DNA of 64,000 nt from NCBI GenBank assembly GCA_951406725.2, contig OX597828.1:47306001-47370000 (forward strand), read 5' to 3'. This stretch comes from Octopus vulgaris. Lineage: Eukaryota. Shown here piece by piece: positions 1 through 13,843 of the stretch (positions are counted from its first letter, which is position 1; the number at the start of each line of letters is the position of its first letter). The position numbers and the translations under genes were made by a program. Under the pieces are notes generated by a model. That model was not told where the DNA came from. It searched no databases and saw nothing but the letters and a program-made list of their open reading frames with translations.

Positions 1-215
1 TCCACTCTGTTAAAAACGATTTAGCTCATCTCTCGAAGACTCTTAAATTCTCATAACGTGCACAACAACACAATTATTGCTGGCAAGAACAAAGCTTCTA
101 AAATTGATTTGGTATGATGGTAGAACGTCTGTCATGCTTGAAAAATATCTACGTTCGCGTCCCACGAGCCGCTTTCGAACTTCATCTTTTTTTTTTATTC
201 AAGATGTATTGCATA

Positions 216-380
216 GGCGCAGGAGTGGCTGTGTGGTAAGTAGCTTGTTTACCAACCACATGGTTCCGGGTTCAGCCCCACTGCATGGCACCTTGGGCAA
301 GTGTCTTCTACTATAGCCTCGGGCCGACCAAAGCCTTGTGAGTGGATTTGGTAGACGGAAACTGAAAGAAGCCCGTCGTA

Positions 381-422
<42 letters not shown>

Positions 423-636
423 TGTATGTGTCTGTGTTTGTCCCCCTAGCATTGCTTGACAACCGATGCTGGTGTGTTTACGTCCCCGTCACTTAGCGGT
501 TCGGCAAAAGAGACCGATAGAATAAGTACTGGGCTTACAAAAGAATAAGTCCCGGGGTTGAGTTGCTCGATTAAAGGCGGTGCTCCAGCATGGCCGCAGT
601 CAAATGACTGAAACAAGTAAAAGAGTAAAAGAGTAA
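216..636 (+). mobile_element. tRNA-derived SINE family A, full length, with internal (TA)n/(TG)n tract
   Basis: Head with A-box-like TGGCTGTGTGG and B-box GGTTCAGCCCC; 3' GGCGGTGCTCCAGCATGGCCGCAGTCAAATGACTGAAAC plus (TAAAAGAG)n tail; many copies in the window. Confidence 0.9.
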
Positions 637-746
637 CTGAATATTTATACGTTTTTTCTGTTGGCTTTATTTCGAGTTTCACTTTTAAAAATGGTTATTT
701 TTCATAACTCCCGAAGTCTTTTATTTCTAATGATGTCAACAATGTG

Positions 747-785
<39 letters not shown>

Positions 786-1031
786 ACACACACACACACA
801 CTTATGCATAATATATATTAAATACACCATATTTAATATATACATTATATAGACATAATTTACACATGATACAGAAACACACACAGATTTATACATACAT
901 ACATACATACATACATACATACATACATACATTCATACATACATAGATATACACACTATTCTAAGTTCATTAAACAAACTGCATCAATTTGTACTATATA
1001 AAAAATAGCACAATAATTAATATATACAAAT

Positions 1032-1089
1032 TAAATACACGACATTCATTAACATATATATATATATGTTAATGAATGTCGTGTATTTA
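1032..1089. repeat. 58-bp perfect palindrome centred on (TA)n
   Basis: taaatacacgacattcattaacatatatatatatatgttaatgaatgtcgtgtattta. Confidence 0.95.
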
Positions 1090-1131
1090 TATATAGATGA
1101 AACACTATACTAGACAAACAGACAGACATAA

Positions 1132-1162
<31 letters not shown>

Positions 1163-1815
1163 TAGATAGGTAGATAGATAGATAGATAGAAATATATATA
1201 GAGAGAGAGATGCATGTATACATACATATACGTGTGAGTGCTACATATATGCCCGTGTGTATGGGAGTGTACCAATTAAATACATAACACTAATAAATAT
1301 GCGAAAATTTAAAATATCGAATTGATTAATGCATATATAATAAATACATATATAATAAATGCATCAAATATATAATAAATATATATATATATAATAAATA
1401 CATCAATTATATAATAAATACATACATAATATATACATCACGAATTAATTAATACATATATGATAAATACATCGCCAATTAAAATTATATAATCAACAAT
1501 ATCAATTAATTAATTATTTGTGTTTGTATACGCGTTTAATCAGAGGTCACGCCTGATGAAATTGTCCTATGTGGAAAGCCGTCTATGATATGTCCCTAAT
1601 CATACATTTTTTGATGTATCCTTCACTGGAAGTAACTTCAAAGAAAGGGGTTGCAATATCTAGCAGGGCAAGCGATCGTCTAGACTAGTTCTTAATTAGA
1701 GTTTATGTGACCCTTAAGGGTCCATATGTTGCAAAAATTTCTGTGCAATAAATTGATTATACTCGAACAATACACAAAATATTTTAACAAGCTGTTACTA
1801 CAATTCCAAATAATA

Positions 1816-2115
1816 TCTTTATATATAAAAGTGAAGTTGTGTGTCTGTCTCCTACGATTTAGATTCCTAACTACTCCCACATTTTGCGGTGCAGTTTAAC
1901 CAAAAGCGGGTATCTTATAGTCGTCATTCATATCGAGCCCTTCTGGGTATTAGCGCGCGTCTACGATGAGTCTACGATTTAAAAAAAAATTTACCATAAT
2001 TTTTTTCCAATTTTAATGTCTTTTTTTTGCTATTGTATAAGGGAAGTAACTCTCTAAACATGCTTATATAGTTATTTCCCTTACAAACCCGAGCAACGCC
2101 GGGCGATACTGCTAG
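1816..2115 (+). mobile_element. Non-autonomous Helitron
   Basis: A|TC 5' end; 3' hairpin CCCGAGCAACGCCGGG then CTAG|T; no TSD; second copy at 39848-40245. Confidence 0.85.
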
Positions 2116-2220
2116 TTTAATCATAAAAATACATTAGTATTTTTTAAAGATAGGAAAATCCTTTCGGATTGCATATTCTGTATATGCAATACAAAGTTAT
2201 TTTGGACAGAGTCCTATATT

Positions 2221-2805
2221 CTTTCCTACTTTAGGCACAAGGCCCGAAATTTTTTTTGTGGGGGAAGGAACCAGTCGATTGGATCGACCCCAGTATGCAA
2301 CTGGCACTTTATCGACCCCGAAAGGATGAAAGGCAAAGTCGACCTCGGCGTAATTTGAACACAGAACATAAAGACAGACAAAATACCTATTTCTTTACTA
2401 CCCACAAGGGGCTAAATATAAAGGGGACAAACAAGGACAGACAAAGAGTTTGAGTCGATTACATCGATCCCACTGCGTAACTGGTACTTCATTTATCGAC
2501 CCCGAGATGATGAAAAGCAAAGTCGACCTCGACGGAATTTGAACTCAGAACGTAGCCGCAGACGAAATACCTATTTCTTTACTACCCACAAGGGGCTAAA
2601 CACAGAGAGGAGAAACAAGGAGAGACAAACGGATTAAGTCGATTATATCGACCCCAGTGCGTAACTAGTACTTAATTTATCGACCCCGAAAGGACGAAAA
2701 GCAAAGTCGACCTCGGCGGAATTTGAACTCAGAACGTAACGGCAAACGAAATACCACTAAGCATTTCCTCCGGCGTGCTAACGTTTCTGCCAGCTCGCCG
2801 CATTA
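2221..2805 (-). mobile_element. SINE family B with ~180-bp internal tandem units and 15-bp TSD
   Basis: TSD ACAGAGTCCTATATT at 2206-2220 and 2806-2820; head GGCGAGCTGGCAGAAACGTTAGCACGCCG and B-box GAGTTCAAATTCC; body repeated about 3 times. Confidence 0.9.
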
Positions 2806-2843
2806 ACAGAGTCCTATATTGTAGCAGGCATATTATATATATG

Positions 2844-2941
<98 letters not shown>

Positions 2942-2985
2942 TTTATATATATATTAATATTTATATATTGTTATATAACGTACTA

Positions 2986-3086
<101 letters not shown>

Positions 3087-3545
3087 TCATGTATGTATGT
3101 ATGTATGTATATATGTATACACACACACACTACATATATACGAATATATATATGTATAATATTTTTCTGTATGCATATGCGATATTTATGTGTGTGTATG
3201 CGTGTGTGCGTGTGTAATGATGTGTGTACGCGCCGGCTTATGTGTGTCTGTGTGTGCGTCTGTGCATGATCGCATGCACATGAGGGGATAAATATTTTAA
3301 AAGTAAAACCTGAAAATATCATTTAGGAAAATCTATCGAAATAAGAAGGGAATGGTAGAATGGAAAATGCAGTTTAGAAAAGGGTCTGCATTGTTGTGAT
3401 ACGAAGGGACAGCATAGGGGGTGAAAATTGTTTGGGTGGATAAACAGATTTTAGAGTATGTAATGTATGGAAATCAGCTTGGAAGATAAAGATCAAGAAA
3501 AATAGAATAAAATCAATATTCTTGAAATATATGTATATATGTATG

Positions 3546-3638
<93 letters not shown>

Positions 3639-3884
3639 ATATATATATATATACATACATACATACACATATATGTATATATACACACACACATATCTAT
3701 ATAGACACACACATATATATGCATGTATACACCCACACATATATAGCTATACCTATATAAATATACACATACATATATGCACATACATAAATACATACAT
3801 AACGTACATACATACGTACGTATAACACATACATACATACATACATATATACATACATACATACATACATGCATACATACATAT

Positions 3885-3915
<31 letters not shown>

Positions 3916-4418
3916 CATACATACATACATATATACATACATGCATACATGCATACAAACATGCATACATGCATACAAACATGCATACATACATACATAC
4001 ATACATACATACATGCATGCATGCATACATACATACAAACATGCATACATGCATACATACATACATACATACATACATACATACATACATACATACATAC
4101 ATACATACATACATACATACATACATACATACATACATACATGTAATGCACAGATATCTGAACATTCAGAAATCAGTTTATCAAGTTCCATGTTGCGAAA
4201 CTTCCAAAGAGTATGGAATTATGGAGAGAGAAACAAAAATATTGACAAAAGCGGGTGTGGAGGGATATGTGTGTATACACATTATACATAAATACATACA
4301 TGTTTGTATATATATATATATATATACACACAAATATGCATGTTTGTATGTATATACATATATGTATATATATATATATACATATATACTTATATATGTA
4401 CATATATATATACCTATA

Positions 4419-4464
<46 letters not shown>

Positions 4465-5074
4465 CACACACACTTAAACACGCACACCCATACACATATA
4501 CATGAGTACATGTACATAGCTGTAAATACTCATACATTTATGTATACATGTATGAACGTACATATATATTTATGTATGTATGCATGCATGTATGCCTGTA
4601 TGTATGTGTGAATGAGCCTGAAAATGTAAGTATATATATGTATACATGCAATCATGTACGTACGTATGTATGCATGCATCTATGTATTTATGTATATGTA
4701 TTTATGTATGTATGTATGTATGTATATGCATGTATATATGTAAGCATGTATGTATGTATACTTAGAAAACAGGTTTACTGCTGAAAGACATGATGTGCTG
4801 AAAACATGGATAGCCTAATTCAATGAATTTTATTTGGATTTATACCCATGTCTAATATAGATATACTCAGATATACATTTACGTACACACACACAATACA
4901 CATATAAAAGACCTATTTGCGTTTGAGTGCGTGTGTGCGTGTATGTGTGTGCGTGTGTGTATACGTATTACTATCGTTCACATACCCACCCATGTGCAGA
5001 TATCCATGAGCATGTGTTTGTAAAGTAACGATGTATATAATACGTTATGAACATATGATATATAATGTATATTC

Positions 5075-5138
<64 letters not shown>

Positions 5139-5287
5139 TGTGTATACACTATACGTAATCCGTTTACATTCTAAAATCTAAAGATTACATATGCAAGTGT
5201 GTCTATGTATATACATGTGTTTATATATGTGTATATATTTAAATATATATATGTATATATATATATTAAAAAATACATATATATGTG

Positions 5288-5322
<35 letters not shown>

Positions 5323-5399
5323 ATACTTATATATACGTATATATATATATGCATATAAATTAATATATATATATACGTATATATATATATTCATATTTA

Positions 5400-5435
<36 letters not shown>

Positions 5436-5437
<2 letters not shown>

Positions 5438-5780
5438 CACAGACGTGGCTGTGTAGTAGGAGGCTTGCTTACCAAACACATTGTTCTGGGCAAGTGTCTC
5501 ATACTATAACCCTGGGCTGACCAAAGCCTTGTGAGTGGAAACTGAAAGAAGTATGTTGTGTGTGTGTATGTATGTGTGTGTGTGTCTGTGTTTGTCCCCC
5601 TCAACATCGCTTGACAACCGATGCTGATGTGTTTATGGCCCCGTAACTTAGCGATTCGGCCAAAGAATTCCATAGAATAGGTAATAAGCTCACAAACAAT
5701 AAATAGTGGGGTCGATCCGTACGACTAAAAAAAGGCGGTGCTCCAGCATGGCCGCAATCAGGTGGCTGAAACAAGCAAAA

Positions 5781-5782
<2 letters not shown>
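5436..5782 (+). mobile_element. SINE family A copy (internal deletions)
   Basis: Similar to 216-636 along its length. Confidence 0.85.
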
Positions 5783-5839
<57 letters not shown>

Positions 5840-6119
5840 TACATATATATACATATATATACATGCATATATGTGTGTGTATGTGTGTGTACATACATAT
5901 ATATATATGCATGCATATGTATTATATGTATTTATAAAAGCAGACACATGAATGTGGCAATGTGTACGTGGTATGTCTGCGTGTGGTGCGCGCACGTGTG
6001 CACATATGCAAAAGCATTTTACATAAATACATGTAATTAGCGGTTGTGCTTTAATAATTAACAATTAGGTGACGACACTTGTGTTTGATTAGTTGTGTTC
6101 ATTATAGTGACGTTGAATG

Positions 6120-6360
6120 TGGCAATGATGATGATGATGACGACGACGACGACGACGACGAAGAGGATGGCAGTGATTCTACTGCGCTGCTTCTGCAGGT
6201 GATGATGATGATGATGATGATGATGATGGTAATGATGAGGGAGAGGGGGAGGAAGATGAGGTGGGGGCGACGACCACCACGGCAACCACTACCACCATCA
6301 CAACCACCATCACCACCACCACCACCACGATGACGATGATGGCGATGTGGCAGCTGCTCC

Positions 6361-6396
<36 letters not shown>

Positions 6397-6554
6397 CGAC
6401 GACGATGATGTTCGTGTTAATGACGTTGGTGATGATAAAGATGACGAAATCGACGAAGCTATTAATCTCAGCCAATAAGATTGCATTAAACTTGTTCGAA
6501 CACAGTATCGGGGTCTGGAGTCGGCGGACGGGATGGTTGTGTGCCGTTCCTTAA

Positions 6555-6614
<60 letters not shown>

Positions 6615-6731
6615 TATTGACGACAACAACAAAACAAAAGTGATCAAAAAGATGTGACATATATATTTAAGGATAACAGAGAGGGGGGGAACGGAGAAAG
6701 AGAGAGGGGGAGATAGGAGGAGGGGCGAGAT

Positions 6732-6769
<38 letters not shown>

Positions 6770-6825
6770 GGAGAGAGGTGGGAGGAGAAAGAGAGTTTGC
6801 GGGAAGAGGGAGGGAGGGAGGGAGG

Positions 6826-6858
<33 letters not shown>

Positions 6859-7280
6859 GAGGAGGAGGAGGAGATGGAGGAAGTGGAGGAGGTGGAGAAG
6901 GAGGAGAAGGAGGAGGAGGAGGAGGAGGAGGCAGTGTTGGTGGTGGAAGAGGAAAAAAAATCAGGGCGGGGGGGGGAGAGGAAGTGGAAAGGAGCAAGGA
7001 GGATGAGCGAGGGGAGTTTATGGAGAGCAGTCAGGGAGGAGATGGCAGGTTGTTGAGACGCGCTGCAAGGAGAGTGTCTGGGAGTGAGAGAAAAAGAGAA
7101 ACGGCAGAACCCGAAGTAAGCAAAAAAGACAGAAGGCAAAAAACAAAAACAAAACAAAAAAAGGACAAAAGAAAGAAAAACAAAAAGAAAATAAGCAACA
7201 ACAACAATACCAAAGGAAGGAGAGTAAGGAGGAGGAGGAGAAGGAGGAGGAGGAAGGAGAGGAAGACGAAGAAGAGCTAA
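6120..7280. repeat. Compound trinucleotide/purine-rich low-complexity block
   Basis: (GAT)n, (CAC)n, (AAT)n, (GA)n, (TAG)n and (GGA)n runs. Confidence 0.85.
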
Positions 7281-7494
7281 GCAGAATTAAGAGGTTTACG
7301 TGTTTTAATATTTGCAAAATGTGTTTAACGTGAACTGTATCGGATAACGACACGTAGCTGTGATATTTTACTATTTGTGGTATATACACATACATACATA
7401 CATACACATATACACAGATACATACATACATATATGTGTATACACACGCATACACACACACATAAATCTACATACAAACAAAAAATTCATAATC

Positions 7495-7537
<43 letters not shown>

Positions 7538-7839
7538 CGTCTGTGTATGTATATGTATGTATGTATATATATATATATCACATATATACATATATAGGGA
7601 TACGATATAATTCATTATAATCACCCACAAACCACATACAATATGTAAACACTGACGTACGTACGTACACCTCAACAACAACACCAATAATAATAATGAT
7701 CTGAACGCATATGCTTCTGTAGGAGCGTACAATGAAATCGAATTTGTACACATACCTGAAAAAACAGACATAGATGCGAGTGATAAGGATAAAAAGAAAA
7801 AAAAAGAACAAAAACGGAATAATGTTGTCTGAAGATTGA

Positions 7840-8293
7840 GAATCGAGAGTTTGAAACCGCGAAGATGAATTGAATGAAAAATTAACTGTTAATAATGATT
7901 ATTGTTGTTGTTATCATTGCTATTACCGCGAGACGAAACCGGAAACCCGCCGCTTACGAGGAAACACTCGAAGTTTAACGCTCTTTATTGACTTATTTTC
8001 TTCTATTCCTTTTTTCCGTATTTTTTTTTTTTTTTTAAAACAAAAAAACCGTCGTTTTGTATTTTACATATTTATCACTGAACAAACCTTACATACATAC
8101 ATATATACATATATACATACATATATACATACACTGAGGCACGGGGGCGCCGGCGCACTCACACACACACACACGCATACGGGACACGCCGCCTCTAGTT
8201 ATACAACAATATGCTTTCTTTATGTTTATTATGATGTTTTTTTTTTCTTTAATTTTTTCACATTTTCAATTCTGCTGAATGAAAAAAACATAT

Positions 8294-8375
<82 letters not shown>

Positions 8376-8620
8376 TGTCACGAAGCAGTCGTCGCTCGTA
8401 CTCGAACTTACATCAACCAAACTTCTTTCTAGAAGGAGCAGCGGACTTCGTTTTCTTGTCAACAGCCAAAAACACGGCGGCCGGAGCTTTCTTCCGATCG
8501 CCTGTGTTGTCGGTTGTTAAAACAGCCAATATTTTTGGATAACTAAACCCCGTGTAACACCGTTCCGATTATTTGGTCACCCATATCTCCGTCCGCTCTA
8601 CCATTCATCCATCCATCCAA
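7840..8620 (+). promoter_or_regulatory. CpG-enriched putative promoter/5'UTR upstream of the exon
   Basis: Non-repetitive, CpG-rich relative to the window; CCGGAAA (ETS-like) at ~7940 and CAGCCAAT at ~8523; lies 0.4-1.2 kb upstream of the ATG. Confidence 0.35.
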
Positions 8621-8828
8621 CCACCCATCCATCCATCCATCCATTCGTCAAACCAGCCAGCCAGATTTCCATCAAGCCAACCGGCCAACTAGGAAACCAT
8701 CCATGCAATCAGTGATCTCTGTATCGGTCTATTTATGTGAACTTCAGTTACAATCAACATACTGATGTATTTACTACATTCTTACCTGATACAAGCACAG
8801 TATATATAGGAGTAAGTCTATCTATCCG

Positions 8829-8883
<55 letters not shown>

Positions 8884-8891
8884 GTCTGTCA

Positions 8892-8959
<68 letters not shown>

Positions 8960-9000
8960 GGCAATCTGTTTTCTAACACTCCACAATAAGTTGGCATAAA

Positions 9001-9553
9001 ATGACAGCAGAAAGCACCCAGGTGGACAGCGATTTGTCCCCCGGGCCGCAAACCAATGGCGCCAATAAAATCAGCAGTAGCAACAACAACAACAACAACA
9101 ACATCAACAACACCTCAAATATCAACAGCAACAGCAACAACAACAGCAGCAATAACAACAAAAGCTGTCCAAATAACAAAATCAGCAGCACAATTAAACT
9201 GAGCGTGGGTGGAGGCGGTGTGGTCACTAGCAACAACAACAACAACAACAACAACGGCACGAACAACAGTAACAGCAGTCATCAACATCACCATCACCAT
9301 CACCACCACCACCACAACCACAGTAACAGTAATAATAATAATAATAACAATACTAATAATAATAACAACAATAGTAATACCAATAATAATAATAATAATA
9401 ATAATAAAAACAACGGTCACACCAATAGCGGTGGCAGCAGTAATAACAGGAAATTTAATTCGTACAGTATTGACGATATACTCGGGATGAGGGGACCGAA
9501 ATGGACCCCACGAGGGGATTTGACAGGTGAACGGAACCCAACTATTCTTAAAG
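9001..9553 (+). CDS. First coding exon of a probable PRD-class homeobox transcription factor (homeobrain/aristaless-Arx/Rx-like) with eh1/octapeptide motif
   Basis: ATG in AAA-ATG context with an in-frame upstream TAA (8974-8976). Open frame MTAESTQVDSDLSPGPQ...poly-N/poly-H...RKFNSYSIDDILGMRG. YSIDDILG fits the eh1/octapeptide (F/Y/H)SIxxILG. Strong donor AAG|GTAAGA after 9553 (phase 1). Homeodomain exon not seen, so the family assignment is tentative. Confidence 0.8.
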
Positions 9554-9634
9554 GTAAGATTTCTAAACTTTTAATTTCTACTTTTGTATAAGAACAGAGA
9601 TTTGTTCATAAAGAAACACGTATACACGCGTGCG

Positions 9635-9710
9635 TGCACATATATGTCAATATATATACACATATACACACAAGCACGCTCACACACATATATATATATA
9701 TATAAAAATA

Positions 9711-9753
<43 letters not shown>

Positions 9754-10005
9754 GCAAAACCATCTATCCATACATATATACGTACATGCATATATATACA
9801 AACACACATACACGCTCATATGTGTGTGTACATATATGTCAATATATATACACATACACACACACACAAGCACACTCACACACATATAAATATATATATA
9901 AACATGCATATATATACACACACACGCAAAACCATCTGTCCATACATTTATACATACATATATATATATAAACACACATACACGCTCGTATGTGTGTGTA
10001 CATAT
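9635..10005. repeat. Tandem duplication, ~180-bp units
   Basis: catatatgtcaatatatatacac...acacgcaaaaccatct...cacgctc occurs twice. Confidence 0.8.
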
Positions 10006-10194
10006 AATTAACAAATGTATATATATATATTTACATATCGATATAGATACATGAATGTGAGTGCATATGTGTGTGTGTTTGAATTTGTACTATAATATTC
10101 ATAGAATCATGTGGCTAATATAGAAAGCCCTAATTCTAAGGATAACAAGTGGTTAAATAAATATATTCACCTCTCATATCCTCCGACTTTCTAT

Positions 10195-10239
<45 letters not shown>

Positions 10240-10293
10240 GTTGAGAAAAAAGTCAAGATAGAAAATGCTAAAATAATTTTATAAAAAACATTT

Positions 10294-10329
10294 CAGTACC
10301 GGTTTCAGTCAATGAGACTTTTTCAACTG
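10294..10329 (-). ncRNA. Minimal hammerhead ribozyme, U3-A8 variant
   Basis: CAG-UUGAAAA-AGUC(UCAUU)GACU-GAAA-CCGG-UA-CUG. Confidence 0.65.
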
Positions 10330-10404
10330 TAAGTATGGAAAGCAAATTTTTGAAAAATTAAAAGTAAATTTTTTTAAAGAATATACATACACACACACAC
10401 TCAT

Positions 10405-10458
<54 letters not shown>

Positions 10459-10556
10459 ACATACATACGTGTGAATTCTCTTTGAAACGAATAAATGAAT
10501 AACGTGACACTAAGTGTACAAATATATATACACACACACACATATATATATAAAAA

Positions 10557-10594
10557 CTGTCCGACGAACGGGAACGTGAAACTCAGAGTAACAG
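10557..10594 (+). ncRNA. Minimal hammerhead ribozyme (C4 variant core)
   Basis: CUGU-CCGACGA-ACG(GGAA)CGU-GAAA-CUCAGAG-UA-ACAG. Confidence 0.7.
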
Positions 10595-10697
10595 GTTTTG
10601 TTGAATTTTCTGCTGCTTTAAATAAAGCATATTATTCTACCACTGGTATTTGAGTACTCTTTTTTCCACCTTGTTTCACATTTATGTGTTTACTGCG

Positions 10698-10742
<45 letters not shown>

Positions 10743-11267
10743 TAAAGGTGTACACTGATGTTTACATGAGTATTTAGATACAAACATATAATTACATATG
10801 TATTTATATTACGCAAACACACGCACGCACACACGTACACACACACACACGCACACACACACACACGCATGCCCACACATACACAGACATACTGGGAAAT
10901 TTCTTGTATGTTCCATTACCAATAGTAGTTACATAAGTATACATGTAGTAACAAAATGTAAGATATTTTTCAATGCTAATTCGTCAGACCGCGAATTAAA
11001 ATAATGCATACTACACACACACACACACACACACACACAAATACACATACACATACGCACATATACAAAGTGTGATTGAGTGTATGTGTGTGTATGTGTG
11101 TGTGCATAATAATGTGATGTAATTATGGTAAGCGTAAGAGCAGGTGCTACACATCGTCATTTAACAATCGATACATTTACACATGTAATTAATTACACAT
11201 ATTATCCGTATATACACACAAATATTATATATATATATATACACACAAATATTTATATATATATATA

Positions 11268-11483
11268 TTTCTTTACTACCCACAAGGGGCTAAACATAGA
11301 GGGTATAAACAAGGACAGACAAACGGATTAAGTCGATTACATCAACTCCAGTGCGTAACTGGTACTTAATTTATCGATCCCGAAAGGATGAAAGGCAAAG
11401 TCGACCTCGGCGGAATTTGAACTCAGAATGTAGCGGCAGACGAAATACTGCTAAGCATTTCGCCCGCGTCTGCCAGCTCGCCA
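11268..11483 (-). mobile_element. SINE family B copy
   Basis: Matches 2570-2800. Confidence 0.85.
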
Positions 11484-11508
11484 CCTTTATATATTTATAT
11501 ATATATAT

Positions 11509-11585
<77 letters not shown>

Positions 11586-11893
11586 GTATATATGTATATA
11601 TGTATATATATATATGTATGTATATATGTATATATTCATATATGTATATATATATATGTATGTATATATGTATATATTCATATATATATATATTAATTTA
11701 TATATATATATTAATAACACGTAAAGAGCTTAAGGTCGAAACGTTAAAGACTTTCGCACCTCCTGAGCGTTAAACTAATACATCTGTTGTTTACACACCC
11801 GTATTCGTCTTTTGTTTTGATTTTATTTCGTAAATTTTCAATATATATATATTTATTTATATATATATACATATATATACATATATGTATATT

Positions 11894-11959
<66 letters not shown>

Positions 11960-11972
11960 TACACATATATAT

Positions 11973-12006
<34 letters not shown>

Positions 12007-12089
12007 TTCTATTTTTTTATTTTATCTAGTTTCAGCTCACGAGCTGTGGCCATGCTGGGGCACCGCCATTTGGTATTGCTACATGGTTT

Positions 12090-12177
<88 letters not shown>

Positions 12178-12514
12178 TATATATATTGTATATGTGTGTA
12201 TGTAGTTATGTATGCATATTCACAAATATATTCACAAATGATACTTATTATATCGACCCCGAAAGGGATAAAGATCAGAGTCTACCTCGCCGGTATTTGA
12301 CTTCAGAACGTATTGCCGAAAGAAATGCCACCATTTTGTCCGATGTGTTAATGATTCTTTCAACTTCATTAGGTATTAACTATTAGACCTACATTATTTA
12401 TCACGTCGCGTAAATCTACCTTGGAGTATACTGTAATTGCGGTATTCTAAGCTGAGGCTACGACGTCGGATGAAATAGAAGGGGAATATATCTTTCATAT
12501 TTTTCTTTAATTTT

Positions 12515-12740
12515 TTACTTGTTTCAGTCACGGCACTGCGACCATGCTGGAGTACCGCCTTGAAGAGTTTAGTCGAACAAAACGATCCCAGTACTTATTT
12601 ATAATCATTTATTCATTTATTTAATTTTGTAAAGTCTGGTGCTTATTCTATCAGTCTCTTTTCGCCAAACCGTTACGTTACGGGAACATGGCCAAACCAA
12701 AACCGACTTTGAGGCGATGGTGTATTGCAAACACACACAA
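12515..12740 (-). mobile_element. SINE family A, diverged 3' half
   Basis: tttcagtc...ccatgctggagtaccgcc...cttattctatc...cgccaaaccg matches the reverse complement of the family A 3' half. Confidence 0.75.
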
Positions 12741-12787
12741 AGACACACGCATATACATACACATATATATATATACATATATATACA

Positions 12788-12825
<38 letters not shown>

Positions 12826-12826
<1 letters not shown>

Positions 12827-13045
12827 CGGGAAGCTTTATGAAAATAAACAAAAGACGAAGGCAGGTGGAATACAAACAAACAATTGTATTAGTATGGCGC
12901 TCAGGAATATAAATAAAACAAGTCTTTTACGTTTCGAGCCTACGCTCTTCAACAGAAAGATACACAGAAAAGAAACACAGAAAGAAACAAGGAGAGAAAA
13001 AAAGGAGAGAAAAAAATGCGTGCAGAGGCAAGCGAATCAACATGG
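12826..13045 (-). mobile_element. Short HHR-bearing element (Penelope pLTR-like); HHR at 12923-12960
   Basis: UCUUU-CUGUUGA-A-GAGC(GUAG)GCUC-GAAA-CG-UA-AAAGA; flanked by (TA)n; related pieces at 11721-11840, 34881-34980 and 40745-40905. Confidence 0.7.
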
Positions 13046-13051
13046 CGATAT

Positions 13052-13148
<97 letters not shown>

Positions 13149-13154
13149 TGTATG

Positions 13155-13186
<32 letters not shown>

Positions 13187-13659
13187 CTAGCAGTTAAGCC
13201 CGGTTTCACCCGGTCGGTTTGGATGATGTGGCTGTAAAACCTTTTCTGTATAAGCATTCGCCTTGTTTAGGCACGCTTACCTTAAAAAACAATTTTGGAA
13301 TGACTTTTTTCTATCAAAACGCTAAAAATAACTGACCAACAACAAGAAAACAACAACCAAGACTCAACCAAATCAAAAAATAAACCCAAATACTAAGCGA
13401 ACAAAGTGAATCATCCCACTTCCATTGCGTGCACACACACACACATACAAACACACACACACACACACATTCACATAACCCCCCTTTTACATACACACAC
13501 ATATATGCACACAGAGTTGAAACGCTGTTTGGTTTATTTTTTTTACAGCGTACAATTTTCATCATCCCACTACCAAGTATGACATCACCCCTTCCTTCCT
13601 TATTCATCTATCACCGCTTCCTTTCTCATTCATAAACACAAGAGTATTATTATAGTAGA
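13187..13659 (-). mobile_element. Non-autonomous Helitron, second family
   Basis: On the minus strand: A|TCTACTATAATAATA...CCGGGTGAAACCGGG-CTTAACTG-CTAG|T. Confidence 0.7.
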
Positions 13660-13811
13660 TTATATCGGTAACCATAGGAGGTGTGGAAAAATACAAAGCC
13701 CAGCATCACCAGCGGATCATTCTACACATCTGTGTAATTTTTCGCGCAATTACACCCAACCATTTGACCGTCAATCCCAAGACAAGAAAGGATCGCCCAT
13801 GTCAAATTTAC

Positions 13812-13843
<32 letters not shown>

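Noticed and set aside
1548-1670. CTGATGA possible hammerhead
   Set aside because: No properly placed GAAA or stem II closure; at best a decayed copy.
2221-2805. Regular repeats superficially like a CRISPR array
   Set aside because: Long tandem SINE units with no unique spacers; eukaryotic context.
6058-7280. Poly-H/D/S/P/E ORFs resembling transcription-factor low-complexity regions
   Set aside because: Open in many frames on both strands because of trinucleotide runs; no domain or convincing splice structure.
9554-9591. ORF continuation GKISKLLISTFV
   Set aside because: Read-through past a strong splice donor into the intron.
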